From: Antedon mediterranea
Lineage: Eukaryota > Animalia > Echinodermata
DNA: 64,000 bases
Direction of reading: 5' to 3'
NCBI RefSeq assembly: GCF_964355755.1
Contig: NC_092677.1
Coordinates: forward strand, 3,990,101 to 4,054,100
In this document: positions 38,166 to 50,816 of the stretch, piece after piece
Layout of the letters: the number at the start of each line of letters is the position of its first letter
Position numbering within the stretch: position 1 is the stretch's first letter
Notes under the pieces: model-generated
Databases searched by the model: none
Seen by the model: only the letters and a program-made list of their open reading frames with translations
What the model was told of the DNA's origin: nothing
Translations under genes and position numbers: made by a program

Positions 38166-39402
38166 TTCTTTTCGCAGACGACAACCAAATATAAAAACAT
38201 TCCGAAAATTCGAACTAATTAATCAACAATCACATTGAATAATTCAGAAGATTTCTAACAAAACAGTAAACAAATATTTTATAGTTAGGATTTACATTTT
38301 AAAACGAATTAATAACAGAAACATCAGTCAAAAATAAGCAAATAAAATACTGACAAATCTGCTACAAAATCGACGAAACCTACTCCGGCTGTTTGGTCTG
38401 GTCGATACGTTGTTCGTGTGCATTTAATTGTAAAAAAACTAGCGAATGTATAAGTACTAAATATACATTAAATAACTACAACACACTCACTAAGGTATAA
38501 TACTAATATGGGCTAATTATAAACTGTAAATTAAAGCAGATTTCAGAAAATAATAAATGCAAATTTGTACACGTACCTTTCTTCCCTCCCGAAAAGCGTC
38601 GGTTATGCCAAATACAATGTAGCCTACGTAAGGTGGATTTTGATTGGTTACAATCTACCGCATGGAAGCTGTCATTATAGGGAATAAAAACAACACGAAA
38701 AGTGTATGATTCAATATAATATCATTTTTCTTGAGCAAACAAGTTAATACAAAATATTCTTATGGCAATTGTATAGTAATAATAAATAAATATTTGAATT
38801 TGTCTAAAAAATGTATAAAACCGTCCATTTTAGGTGTACAAAAAGTAGCCAATAGGACAAGCCGTTACATCATAATTCGTAGCTGAAATGCTTATGAATA
38901 TGCATTACCGAGATAAATATTTTTCCTGTCTGTACTTCGTCTCCTCTCTCCGATCTCATAAAACTTTATCCGCCTCCTAAAAACGTGGTTGCGCTACTGT
39001 ATATATTATACTGTAAAAAGAAAAGCATGCACATTTTGTGAAAAGCAACCAATGACATTTAGATGTTAAATAATTTAATTCAGTTTTTTTTATAATTTTA
39101 TTCATACATACTGTACGTTTGTGTCTGCAGGGAAGAATTTCTCTTCCCTGGTGTCTGTATTATACTGCCTTGTGGTTAAATATGGTCAAACGACCTGACC
39201 TGTATGCATATTTAACAAGCATTAGAAATAAAGATTTCAAAATTATTTTTCAAGGGGACAATACATCGTTAAGAAATATTTACCTTGAAAATAACTTTTA
39301 ACATAAACAAAATCAAAACAAAATAAATAAATATTTGTTTCTTCTGGTGTACATAGTACATACAAGTGATCATAGACCAACTTAATACAAGTGCGCTGGT
39401 AG

Positions 39403-39637
39403 ATTGAGGCTCCTCAGTGTGAAAACAAATCGATTTGCTAAATCCTTTATTCCTTCGGTATCATCCAGTACCACAGGAAGTCAAGAAGATAATTTTATCT
39501 TGTAATTTTTTAGATGTTTTTATATGAATGGTCTTATGCTATATTTGTTTTTATTGTGTTTTCTCTGTTATTATTACGAGCAATGAATTTCCTTTTTGAG
39601 GATCAATAAAAACGTTATCTTATCTTATCTTATCTTA
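39403..39637 (+). mobile_element. 5'-truncated copy of the Rex1/Babar-type LINE (3' end only)
   Basis: Nearly identical to reverse complement of 14190-14414, ending in AATAAA and (TTATC)n tail. Confidence 0.92.
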
Positions 39638-41208
39638 CACAAATAAAACTATTTTTCGTCGAACACTTTCACACATCACATCACTTTTGTAATTTTTAGA
39701 TTTCAATTTTTAAGATTTCAATTTCACTGAAGCCCATATGTTCCAGTTCGAATACAGGTCTGTTTAATTGGAGGTTGACATATAATTATATTGAAGCCTT
39801 TCCACTTTGCAAAAAAAAGTAAAAAAATCGCGCACCCTTAACAAGAATGATAGCTGCGATATTCATTACCATCGCGTGTTTCTGATGAGCTTTTGATTGG
39901 TTGTGCAATTTTCGCTTCAAGAATTTGAAACAATTCTTTAAACAAAACTACTTTCACTCAAGGAAATATAATTCGTCGCAGAGAGGGATTTGGAATTTGG
40001 AAATATGAATGTAATAAGCCGACGATTTTTATTCGCGCGAACAAATTCGCCTTGAGTGTGGACAAGGACAAGTGGCATGCATGTCCCAATTCAAGGCTCA
40101 GTGAGTGGTGACAGGCTCAATAAATACATTAGGGAAATATCTCTGAATTCGGCTACAAGGGAGGGCAGAATATAAATCGTCACAAACAGCATGGAGTGGT
40201 TTAATATCTGCCAGAATACAGTGATAAAGAAACAATACAAACAAATTGTATATTTTAATGTCGACTGACTCTATTTAAATTACTATCATTTTATTTGGTT
40301 CGTACACAGCGTGCTCTTTTACAAATTAACTTTAGTTTATTTATAAAAAAAAATTAATAACAAAATTTACAAAAATTAAACCTTATTACTGTACAATAAA
40401 TTGTTAGGTTAATTTGGTTGCTGTCTTTGTAATTTATTAATGACAAATCAATCTTTAGTTTATAAGAATGAGGGATTTTTTCTTTGTTTGACATATTTAA
40501 TACCGTTTGATATTTGTTGAAATTCCACATTATAGTATAGTTATATTATAGTACAGTATACTATATTTATAGTAGAACTCCTCCATTGGAGGTAGGGTAA
40601 CACTAAACCCCAATACTAGGTGGACATTTATGGATCCTGAATGGGTTCAGTAAAAATAGTTGTTAAAAAATTATTTCTGCAATTGCCATTTAACTGTTTG
40701 ATATCTTGATATTTATAAATTAAAATTACTGTAAAATTAAATATTATTGCAATTATGTTTAATTACATATCAAACTTTGATTAAAAAAAGATTAACGTAC
40801 ATTAAAGTAAAGTATTGTTTCAGGTGTGTCTATGGATAACACATACATATGGCACCAGGAGAAAATGTAAAGTAAATTAATCATCAAATGCATTGTCTTG
40901 TACCATTTCGTAAACTTATTAAACTCCACAGCTTTCCATCAAACACCAACACCATCATACGTATATCGCATCTAACACAGAGCTTTACACTCTCTAGGCT
41001 TAACCAATTTCTCGAAACAGCTAGTAAAGTTGCCCGCCTCTTTCTTTTGATTCATGAATAATTAATGAGGATAAAACATTCAGAGACACGCTGAAATTCT
41101 AAAGGGTTACACTGGGTATGGGATAAATGGAAGGATGTGATATCTGTACATGATGATACATCCTGTACATTGCAAACTGTACTGTACTCTCTTTCATACA
41201 ATATAAGT

Positions 41209-44200
41209 TTAGATTTGTTCAACAGTTTCATAAGTAACCTGAGCAGTGGCCTGGGTCAGCTCTGCCTCTGAAACCCGTCCAGACAATTCAACAAATTGTT
41301 GCAGCACGCGAACACCTTCCACAACATCTGGTGTCAGATTGGCAGCAGTTCCATCATCTAATTGTAGCACAGTTCCTGTATCACTGACTGCTGTTACTAC
41401 TTCGCCGTCTTCTGCCGATCTTACAACCACCTCTGGCGACTGGATAATATGAACAGTAAATCCTTCTTCACCATGGATGACTGACCCTAAAACAGGACCA
41501 AGACTACCTGCCGGAACTGAAAGCTCCTGAATTATGTTTCCAGTTTCTGGATCAAACTTCGCATGTTGTTCAATTTGCAATATGTTTTCCTCTTTGTTTG
41601 CATCGTTTTGTTCATCCTCATCCTCTATGGTTCCGAGCTTCCTTACCTTACTCGGATCATCAGCGTACATGACTGGCAAGTAGTCGGAAGCGAGAACTTG
41701 TGGATGCTTACGACGCATATGGCGGCGATATGACGCTACAGTCTTTAAAAAAGAACCACAGTGCTCACAATGACATGAATTTTGAAACTCATGATGTTGT
41801 TTAATGTGTTTATTCAAAAAGTACTGACGGGTAAACTTGTGTGTACAAATATGACATTGTAGTTTGGAACCTTCGTCATGAATGAGAGCGTGGCGTTTTA
41901 ACAATGCAGGGTTATTAAACTTTCGCTTGCATATTTCACACTGAAAATTAAATGTGTGGTTGTGAGTAAGTAAATGCTTGTTCAAGTTACCTTTCTGGAT
42001 GAACGCTTTTTCACAGAATGTACACTTAAAGTCACGCTGATTCAGGTGGATTTTTACATGCATATCGTAAGCAATGCGAGATCTGAATTTTTTATTGCAA
42101 TCTTTACATTCTGCCACGGTTTCCTGAGTGTGGGATCGGATGTGTGCCTTCAATGAATCTTTTCGATTAAACATTTTTCCACATGTATCACACATGAACT
42201 CCTGCTGCTTCTCATGCACCATTCTTTTGTGTTTGGCCAGCCTTGCTGGTTCTAGAAACACACGATTGCATTGGTCACAGCAGCAACTGACCATTTGCTT
42301 CTTGATTTCTGCGTCTGTGACAACCATCTGCTGATGTTCTTCAGTATGGATACTGATCTCTTCTTCTGAGGTGAGAACTTTGGGACAAATAGTACATGGC
42401 AGCGCTTCAATGGAATGGAACATTTTCAAATGATTGATGAATGATTTCTGTGTGCTGAACTGACAATGGCATTCAGGACAGATGTTAAGAATGGAATTTT
42501 TTAGATACGGTATTTTCACAACCTGTGTGTTGCCATCAGTGTCATGGACAACCTTATAATGAACTTTCGTGTGTGTTTTAAGTGACGCTTTACATTGAAA
42601 CTTTCGGCCACACATTTCACATTCATGCAACTTTGGTAAATGCTTCTTCTTATGGCGTTTTAGAGCCCACTGGTCATCAAATGTCTCTGTACAATTGTTG
42701 CAATTAAATTTATTTGACATCTTTTCTTTGGCCTCTTTGAATTTTAAAATATCTTCATCTGTACATTCATGGGTTTCCATATTCTCTTTAAACTTAAATG
42801 ATGCACCGCATTCCTCACAAGTCAAGAGTTTTTGCGATTCAAGGTCTACACGGCAGTTATGACGCTGGACACTGTCTTTACGTTTGAAGACACTCTCACA
42901 CTGACCACACTTGTACATGAGATTGCTATGCTTACGCATGTGTTTATTGTACACATTACGTCGCAAGAACGCACTTGGGCAATGCTCACATCTGTACACT
43001 TTTGAAATACCAACATTAATGTTCACTTCTGGATGATCTGTTAAAATATGCTCTGTAAGAGACATTTCATGAAGGAACTTCTTGTCACAAAGTTGACAGG
43101 CATAAGGTTTTTCTTCATGCATGGCCATATGACGGTGAAGGTTTTGCTTAGTTGTACAAACTCGTCCACATAGACTGCATGTGACATCATCAGCGTCTAT
43201 ATCAATATCATTTACCTTCTCTCCTTTTGCCTTGTGATGCGCTAAATGTTCCATATAAAGGTAACGCCTGTTAAACTGCACACCACATAAACTACATTTT
43301 AAGTCGTTCCTAAGTTTGAATTCCGATTCTGTACCCTGCCCACTATGAACTGCCATGTGTCTTCTCAGATTTCCTTTGGAGGCCATTTCCTGATCACAAA
43401 TCTTACATTTGAATAAGTCTTCAATTACCGAGGACTGCTTTGACACAATGATTTTGTGCACGGTACGCATGTGTTCATGAAGACGACGTTGACTTGGGAA
43501 GATCTTGAGGCAAATATCACATGGTAATGTCTTCTGCTCATGTACCTCTTCTACGTGTCTCTTTAATGATGGCTCATGGACAAATATCTTTTCACAATAC
43601 TCGCAAATGAATTGACTTTTCATTGAATGTGTGGCTTCTAAATGCTTCTTTAGACTGTTTTGTGTTCCGAAAACCTTTTCACAGTGATCACACCGAAACA
43701 TCAACAAATGATGAACTTCATGCATGTGTGAAATATACAGACCTGGTTCTTCACATACAGCCTTGCAGAGATCGCAAGTAAAATTGTCAGACTTCTGTTC
43801 ACATTCTTTCTTTTCGTCTTGTGTTGTTAACCTAATATCATGGTCAAGAATAAGGTGGCTTGTAAGAAGAGTTGTTGAAGGAAACTTCTGTGGGCACATA
43901 GTACAACCCATATTTTTTCTTCCATGTTCCTCAAGAAGATGAGCCTGAAGAACAGTTTTCAGAAACCTCTTGTTACAAACTCCACAAGGAATGAGGTCTT
44001 CAGAATGCATTAGCACATGCTTGTTATATGCTTTCATTGATGTTAAGGTCAAATCGCAAGCCTTGCATGGTATACCGTGATGAGACTTCAACATATGTGA
44101 CTCGTAGTCTGCCTTTTTCCAGAATCCTTCACCGCATTCTAGACAACCGTAGATATCAACAGTTTCTAGCTTATCAAGATCATCTTGGTGGCACTTCAAG

Positions 44201-46174
44201 TAATGTTGAACAAGTTGAGTTCGTGAATCAAACTGCTTTTCACACATTTCACATAAATGCTTTTCAGACTGATTCTTTCTGGGTCTTCCTCTACCTCTTT
44301 TTTTAACAGATGTGGCCACCTCGTCCACAGTGTCTTCTTCTTGGAGTTTATCTGCAGCAGCTTTTTTTGGTGATGGTGTTATTACTCTGGTGGATTTTCT
44401 TGTACTTGGTGATGTTGATTGAATTTGGTTCTCTATAGGCTCTGGTAGAGTAGTCTCTAACGTAGCAATCACCTCTGCATTGGTATGAATTTCACTTTGA
44501 ACATGAGTGATTAGCGCAAACTGATCATTAAATACCATTTTACATTCTATACATTGCCAATCAATTCCCTTCCCACCTATTTCATCTACGACAATACTAC
44601 TTGTGCCTTCTTCAGGTGGCTTATCTTTACTTTGAATAGGATCATCACTGTTGACAACTTCTACAGAATTGCTGTAAACATCATTGACTGTGAAAAAACC
44701 ATCTGAACCTTGTTCTAGTTGAGGAATCGTTACAACACATGGCTCTGTTCCATCTGCCTCAGTGTTCCGTTTTACAACAGAATTTTCTTTAATACTAAAT
44801 AATTCTTTAACATTAAATTTTTTCTCAGACTGCCGATGTGATTTTCTAGTTGCAAAAGGAATAACGCGTTGCTTGCGACTTTTACTTGGCGACACAATCT
44901 TTGGTTGAATGGTATCTTCTTTTTTAGTCCTTTTCGCAGGTGATGATTTTACCGAACTTGTTTCTTCAAACTCTTTGCCAATACTCCTCTTTCTTATTTC
45001 TTGTAACTCTTTACCTAATAAAAAAAAATCCAGTGAAAATATAAGAATGTAGCAGATACAGTAGTGCTGTTTCGATTTTCTAGACTATTGTAAAAACCTC
45101 ACCTCAAAATACATGTACTGTTTTCAAAACTTACCTCTTGAATTTTGATAATTTTCCAACGCTTCTTTTTCTAATCGACGTCCGTAATGTGGAGCATACC
45201 AAACCAGAAGCTTGCCATCAACCTCAATATCTTTAATAGCAGAGTACATTATGCCATCTTTGTATTGAAACGCACTAAGATTCTGTTCCACTGCATTGCC
45301 AGCTACTTTCACAAGACACATCCAATTGCATTTGTCTTCATTACTTGGATCAAGGTACACAGGTTCCTCGTCTTTTTTGAATACCTGAAATGTGTTAAAA
45401 GTAAAAATAATTTTCCTTCTTTTCTGTGGCTGGGATTCTTAAGCCTTTTTATCTATCTCTTTCACTTATACAAATGGCAGACTTGTTTGTTTGGAAACAA
45501 TACATTTGTGCAGTGTTTTAACATTTTATTTAATGTACAGTGCTCGAATATTGTATTTTACCTTTAGAAAAAATCCTTCCAATTTGTCATCAGCAATACT
45601 ATCCAGAAGAGGTGCTTCAAAAGGACCAAATCTTGTTCCTTTTGGAATTGCAATTCCTGCAACAACATGCTTCTCCCCATCAATAACTTTCAAGTTCAAA
45701 CTTCTTGGAAGAGTGGCTTCTGCTTTATTCAGAATAGGTTCTCCGAGGACATTGAGAATGCTGCCTGCAAGAGGGCACTCGGTCTCATGCGTATCCTGAC
45801 AATCCTCACACCCTAAAAAATGTTTATCATACTTTCAATTTAAATATACAGGTACTGTAATATCAAAAGACTTAAATACAGTTTAACAGAGTTTTGTTGC
45901 CAGATAATAATTATTCAGTAAACAATGAAAAATAACCATGAGTGAGAATGGGCTAAAGCCCAAACAGATCCTGCACTCACGCAATGCACAGCAAGACACT
46001 TTTAGAATACAGCTTTAGGAGTCATGTCTAATTATTCTACAGGCAGAAAGTGTAGTTTCAGTACTGCAGTAGAATTATTTTAAAACGATTCCTTAAATAG
46101 AAAAATTGGAAATCATGTTCAATCTAGGAATCATGCAACTTACACAATGGAGTAGAATTTTCGTCAGACTGCAT
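41209..46174 (-). CDS. PRDM15: PR/SET domain C2H2 zinc finger protein, PRDM15-like, ~1445 aa, 4 coding exons
   Basis: Exons 46144-46174 (MQSDENSTPL), 45562-45812 (WCEDCQDTHETECPLAG zinc knuckle; GTRFGPFE), 45135-45384 (VFKKDEEPVYLDPSNEDKCNWMCLV...QNLSAFQ...LVWYA..Y), 41209-45014 (AT-hook GRPRK, >20 C2H2 fingers). Knuckle and PR domain resemble vertebrate PRDM15; finger array is divergent, so orthology is less certain than the PRDM call. Confidence 0.75.
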
Positions 46175-47100
46175 TTTTCAAGATTTGAAACACTTTTTTG
46201 AACCTGTACAGAAAAAAAAATTATTGTAACTCCTACAGTATACACATTTTAGGTTTAAATGTTTAAACCTAAAATAAAAAATTTAATGTTAACCACACAA
46301 TATACAGTACTGTACTATCAATGTAGGCCCATTAGTTACCATTTACATAAAATTAAATTAATTTACAGGTATTGTGAAATGATAAACGCTGTGTATACCC
46401 ACAACAATCATTTGCCTTGTTTGTTTCAATTTTGATATATATTTTTTTAAATAACGTATTAACGTTTGGTAATCACATTGGCTGAAGCAAAACTTTTTAT
46501 GAAAGGAAAGTATGGTTTTCGTGTTGTGCCTCTGTATTTTAAACATTTTATTTCTGTTTCTTCAGAAGATAATTTTCATTCATATTCAAAGTCTTGAAAG
46601 TCTCCGAAAACACATCCCACAACCAACTAGCAAGGGCTAGAGTGGAGTGGTACACCCCGCCACCAAACCGTATCTCTCAGGCCAGTTTTAATTTATTAAC
46701 TTTGGGCCAATTCTTGGCCTAGCCTACCTGAATGGTGGGTCATTCATGGGGCATGGATTAGAATAGATAGGCTACAGCAGTAGCAGGGTAGGGCTAGCTG
46801 CCTGATTGGTTGAGCTTTCTATCTAGTAGGTAGGCCCAGCCTAGACTAGAGGGGATCCCTAGCAATAGCATTGCCATTAGCATATTTGTTGTTGCTCGAT
46901 CACAGTATTTATCTGATAGAAATTAAGGAAGTTTTTAAAAATTAAAGGTTGAATGTACCACACCAAATACACTGCTGCTGGCGTGGTACAAACACATGTG
47001 ATACATTACTAGTAGTAGATTAGTAGTGTACTCTATCTGTGTGGAACTGTAAAAACCAATGCCAAGCATGGACCGTTTCGTTCCGAGTTGCCATATTTAC

Positions 47101-47810
47101 CCGCCGCCGCGCCAAAAGCACAATGTAAAACATGGAAGGGCTAGAGAAAGTGCAGCCTCTGTATTTTTTTCATACATTTTTCTACATAAAACTACAGTCA
47201 AAGAATGTTACACAATTACTATACATTACATTAATTACACTATATTTTTATATTATATTTCATGATAAGTATATTGTAAAAGAAATAGTGATTTCGTATA
47301 AAAAACCAACCTACTAATTTTGGCAAAACATATCCGCGTTGGTTCGTCTCGAATACGCGGAGAGAGGTCGCAAAATTGTAATCTACCGAGAGCTGATATT
47401 ACAACAGTTCCCATTGGATATTTAAAAGAGTACTCTAAAGAAAACACATATTAAACTCCTTATTATTTACCGTTATTATTGAAAATATTGTATTATTAAT
47501 GGTCGTACATTACATAATTATATAAATGATGACATAATTTTACGTTAGATATTTGGAAAATAAAGCTCAGAATTAGTAAAAGTTATCAACAATGTCAACA
47601 ACCAATGACATACTTCGTTAAAAAAAGCAAGTTGACAAAATCAAAACCGGAAAAGAAGATACTTGTTTTGTTTTTCGACGACGATGACGATCGCCATGAT
47701 TTTGTGATTTGTCTGTGTTTTTGTTTTGGTTTTTGAAAATGAAAATAAAATAAACAAACGAATATAATTCCAGCATAAGCCGTAAAAACGGTACAACTAT
47801 TGATAATTGT
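47101..47810. promoter_or_regulatory. Probable bidirectional promoter between PRDM15-like (-) and the TM-PPxY gene (+)
   Basis: Minus-strand donor ggcgg|gtaaat at 47101/47100 and plus-strand donor att|gtaagt near 47808 mark divergent non-coding first exons; CpG patches, ETS-like ACCGGAAA at ~47646 and CCAAT at ~47602. Confidence 0.45.
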
Positions 47811-48061
47811 AAGTAACCTACTCTAGCCTAGGTTAGACCTAGCCTAGTAGGAGGGCAGACTATGCCTACTTTAGATAGGCTAGGCCTACTAGGCTAGGCC
47901 TACTACTACTAGGCCCTAGCCTAGGCCTACAAGCTAATTAAAAGCTAGTTTTTAGTTAGGCGGCTATATAGCTACCTAGTAGGCTAGGCCTAGATAGCGA
48001 AGAGTCGATAGAGTAGAGAAGCGGGAGGCGAGCTTACAATCATAATAACATAGGGCATACG

Positions 48062-48577
48062 TATAGTTTAGTTTAGTTATAATGGGAAAGTTTAGGCGAG
48101 TGCCTTTTTAACCCCATATCAACTACATTGTGTCGATGCGATTCTTGAAGGTGTTAGTGGTCTCAGAATTAACGTCAGCTGGTAAACTGTTCCAATGGTT
48201 TATTACTCGTTGCGAGAAGGTATGTCTTCTACAGTTCAATCCTTTATGGAAAATAGGCTTGAAAAATCTCAGGTGATGTCCTCGAGTAATTCGGCTATTA
48301 TGTTACTTCTCATTTGGAAAAAGTCATCCTTGGCTACACCCTCGAAATCTTCAAAAATTTTATATGCTTCAATCAGGTCACCTCGAATTCTTCTGTCGTA
48401 CAAGGTTGTTAGGCCAAGAAGCTTTAGTCGATCTTCATATGAATATGAACGGATACATGGAACTAATTTAGTCGCACGACGTTGTCCTCTTTCAATTACA
48501 TTTATGTCCTTTTGAAGATACGGATTCCATACTTGAACACAAAATTCGAGATGTGGGCGTATGCTGACTATAAACAA
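48062..48577 (-). mobile_element. CR1 LINE 3' fragment
   Basis: IRPHLEFCVQVWNPY..KDI..IE..QRRATKLVP...RR.RGDLIE.YKI is the CR1 ORF2 C-terminus; continues to WNSLP; short (CTAAA)n tail. Confidence 0.88.
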
Positions 48578-48763
48578 ATTATGCCTAACTAAACGGGTAA
48601 TGATAGGCTAGGGCCTAGTAATGTATTATATTTTTATACTACGTACTAGCTAGCCTATCATATTACCTTTTTTATTGTCAATGTCATAAAAATGTTTTTC
48701 CTTTCTTGCAGGTAGTCAGCTAAAATCTCTAGTAGTGTCACTATCAACAATCTCAAGAATAAG

Positions 48764-50816
48764 ATGGCTTTAACGTCATCTAGTGCACAAATTATTTATA
48801 GTAAGAAGTTTACTATATGGCTTACATTACAATATTTGAAAAACATTTTAACACAATAAGCCAAGGATGTAATCCAAACATCAAATTAAGACTTTATTTA
48901 TATACATTATAGGCCTACTGTATTTATACTGTAGGGAAATCCATACTGTATGTTTCCCCTACAATAATTTGTATTTTGTTATAAAATATAGGGATATCAA
49001 TACAAAACAATAAAATGGTAAATACCATTTCATTTACATTCAACACTGTTGAATTGAATTGAATTGAATTTATTTGGAAAATCATCATAAAAAATACATA
49101 CAAAGTGATAACATAAATTATGGACATTACAAATAATACATTTATAAAAGACTTTCCAGGATAGCCCAAAAAGCTTATCAGCTTATTTCCATTGGGATCC
49201 TTTTACAATCTAAAATAAAAAATATAAACATTACAAAGTATTGCATTAAACACGTAAATATTACAAAAACAATAATACAAAAAACAAGTTAAATTAAAGA
49301 TTATGATTGACTTATAAAATTATTTGGTAGAACAGAAATGTGATTTAACATTTTTCTTAAAATTAAATTTGTTTTCTATTTGTTGAATGGAATGAGGTAG
49401 GTTATTCCATGCCTTTACTACTGTAACTTGCAATAATATATTGTAGAGAATTATACAGGCTATAAATTTTAATCTGGTTTAATATTATACAGTTACTAAG
49501 TTAAGTATTTTTCACTTTCTTTTAGTTTTGATTTTTAGTTGTTACCAAGCCACAACTACTACCCAGGCTCAGATATATTCCGACTATGTTCCACTAAATC
49601 TAACAACCTTTTGTAAGTACAGCATTGGTCAGGTAGCCTAATGGTATAAATGAGGAATTACATTTTTTCTTTATTAAAGAGGGCCTAAATACCAGTTAAC
49701 CTACTGGGCTAAACTGGAAGGATTACCCTCTTTAATGATAGTTAAAATAAAAAATCAAAAAAAAATCTATTTATATTTTATTCATAAATCTAAAATGAAA
49801 GACTACATTGGTTTGAAAATGTACCAACAAGTTATTTCAATGAAACAAAGCAGATACTGCAGTAACTGCAGTAGAATAATTTTGACATAAACTTCACCTA
49901 CACACAATACAATAACAAATAAACTACATACTATCCAAGGCCATTATTGAACACAAAGCAACAAAGTATAACTAGTATAGTATAAGTATAATTTTTTTTT
50001 ATGCTTTATGCATTCATTCAATAAGTCGAAATTTATTATTACTTTTCAGTGGAGCAGCTGATGAATTTTTCTTACTCTCAAAATAATAGAAACGATTACA
50101 ATAATCAGCAATATTACCCGGCTTCATTGCCGTTCACAGACCAACCGCACGACACAAACAATGACGAGTACGTTACCCCTCATCCCAACTATTGGGACGA
50201 CTGGGACACCAACAGTAATCGAAGTAATCTGATAACTAGTACCATGATAGCAGTAGCTATTGCGCTTATTGTTCTTATTAAACTGACGTTGATTGCGCTT
50301 ATGGTCAGACGAGGGCGCCGTTTACAACAAAGGATGTCGGTTGTATCATCAAGTAAGTTGAACAGCTGCACAATATATTTTATAACGACGATTATGGGTA
50401 TAAAAATATTTGCTTAATTACCGTAGATGCCCGGGGATATGCTTGCATGCGAAGGTAATCGTAAAGTCAGGGGTGGGATTATACTCGAGGTGGGATTATA
50501 CCCGAGGAACTACGGTAATATTTAAAATTTCACACTTAATTTTGTCTTTCCAATTTCAGATCAAATAAGTATTCCAAATGAATTTGACAACGATAGTGCT
50601 CATCTCGTTACTCCGGCGACTATTATGTACGTGGAGCCCGAAACCCTGGACAACACCAATGGCGTACCCACTGTACCATGCTCCACAGGAACGCAAGGCC
50701 TCCTAATGACACCGCCACCATATAGCGAGGTTTCAACTGATAACTTGCCTTCGTCTGTTTGTACCCCAAAAGATGACTATCCGCCCCCAGCTTATCAAGA
50801 ATTGCCAGATGCTTAG
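48764..50816 (+). CDS. Uncharacterised type I membrane protein with two PPxY motifs, 227 aa, 4 coding exons
   Basis: Exons 48764-48800, 49526-49612, 50050-50352, 50560-50816, GT-AG, frame-consistent; signal peptide MALTSSSAQIIYILIFSCYQATTTQA, TM MIAVAIALIVLIKLTLIALMV followed by RRGRR, cytoplasmic TPPPYSEV and YPPPAYQEL. Confidence 0.82.
49049..49430 (-). mobile_element. L2/Crack-type LINE 3' fragment
   Basis: Minus-strand KAWNNLPHSIQQIENKFNFKKNVKSHF* ORF2 end, AT-rich 3' UTR, AATAAA and (AATTC)n tail. Confidence 0.7.
50419..50517. mobile_element. Tc1/mariner-superfamily MITE remnant
   Basis: TA-CCGTAG ... CTACGG-TA termini with duplicated ggtgggattatac subterminal motif. Confidence 0.55.

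Noticed and set aside
31305-44306. Short ORFs overlapping the large PRDM exons on the opposite strand or other frames
   Set aside because: Shadow ORFs of long coding exons; no domain signal.
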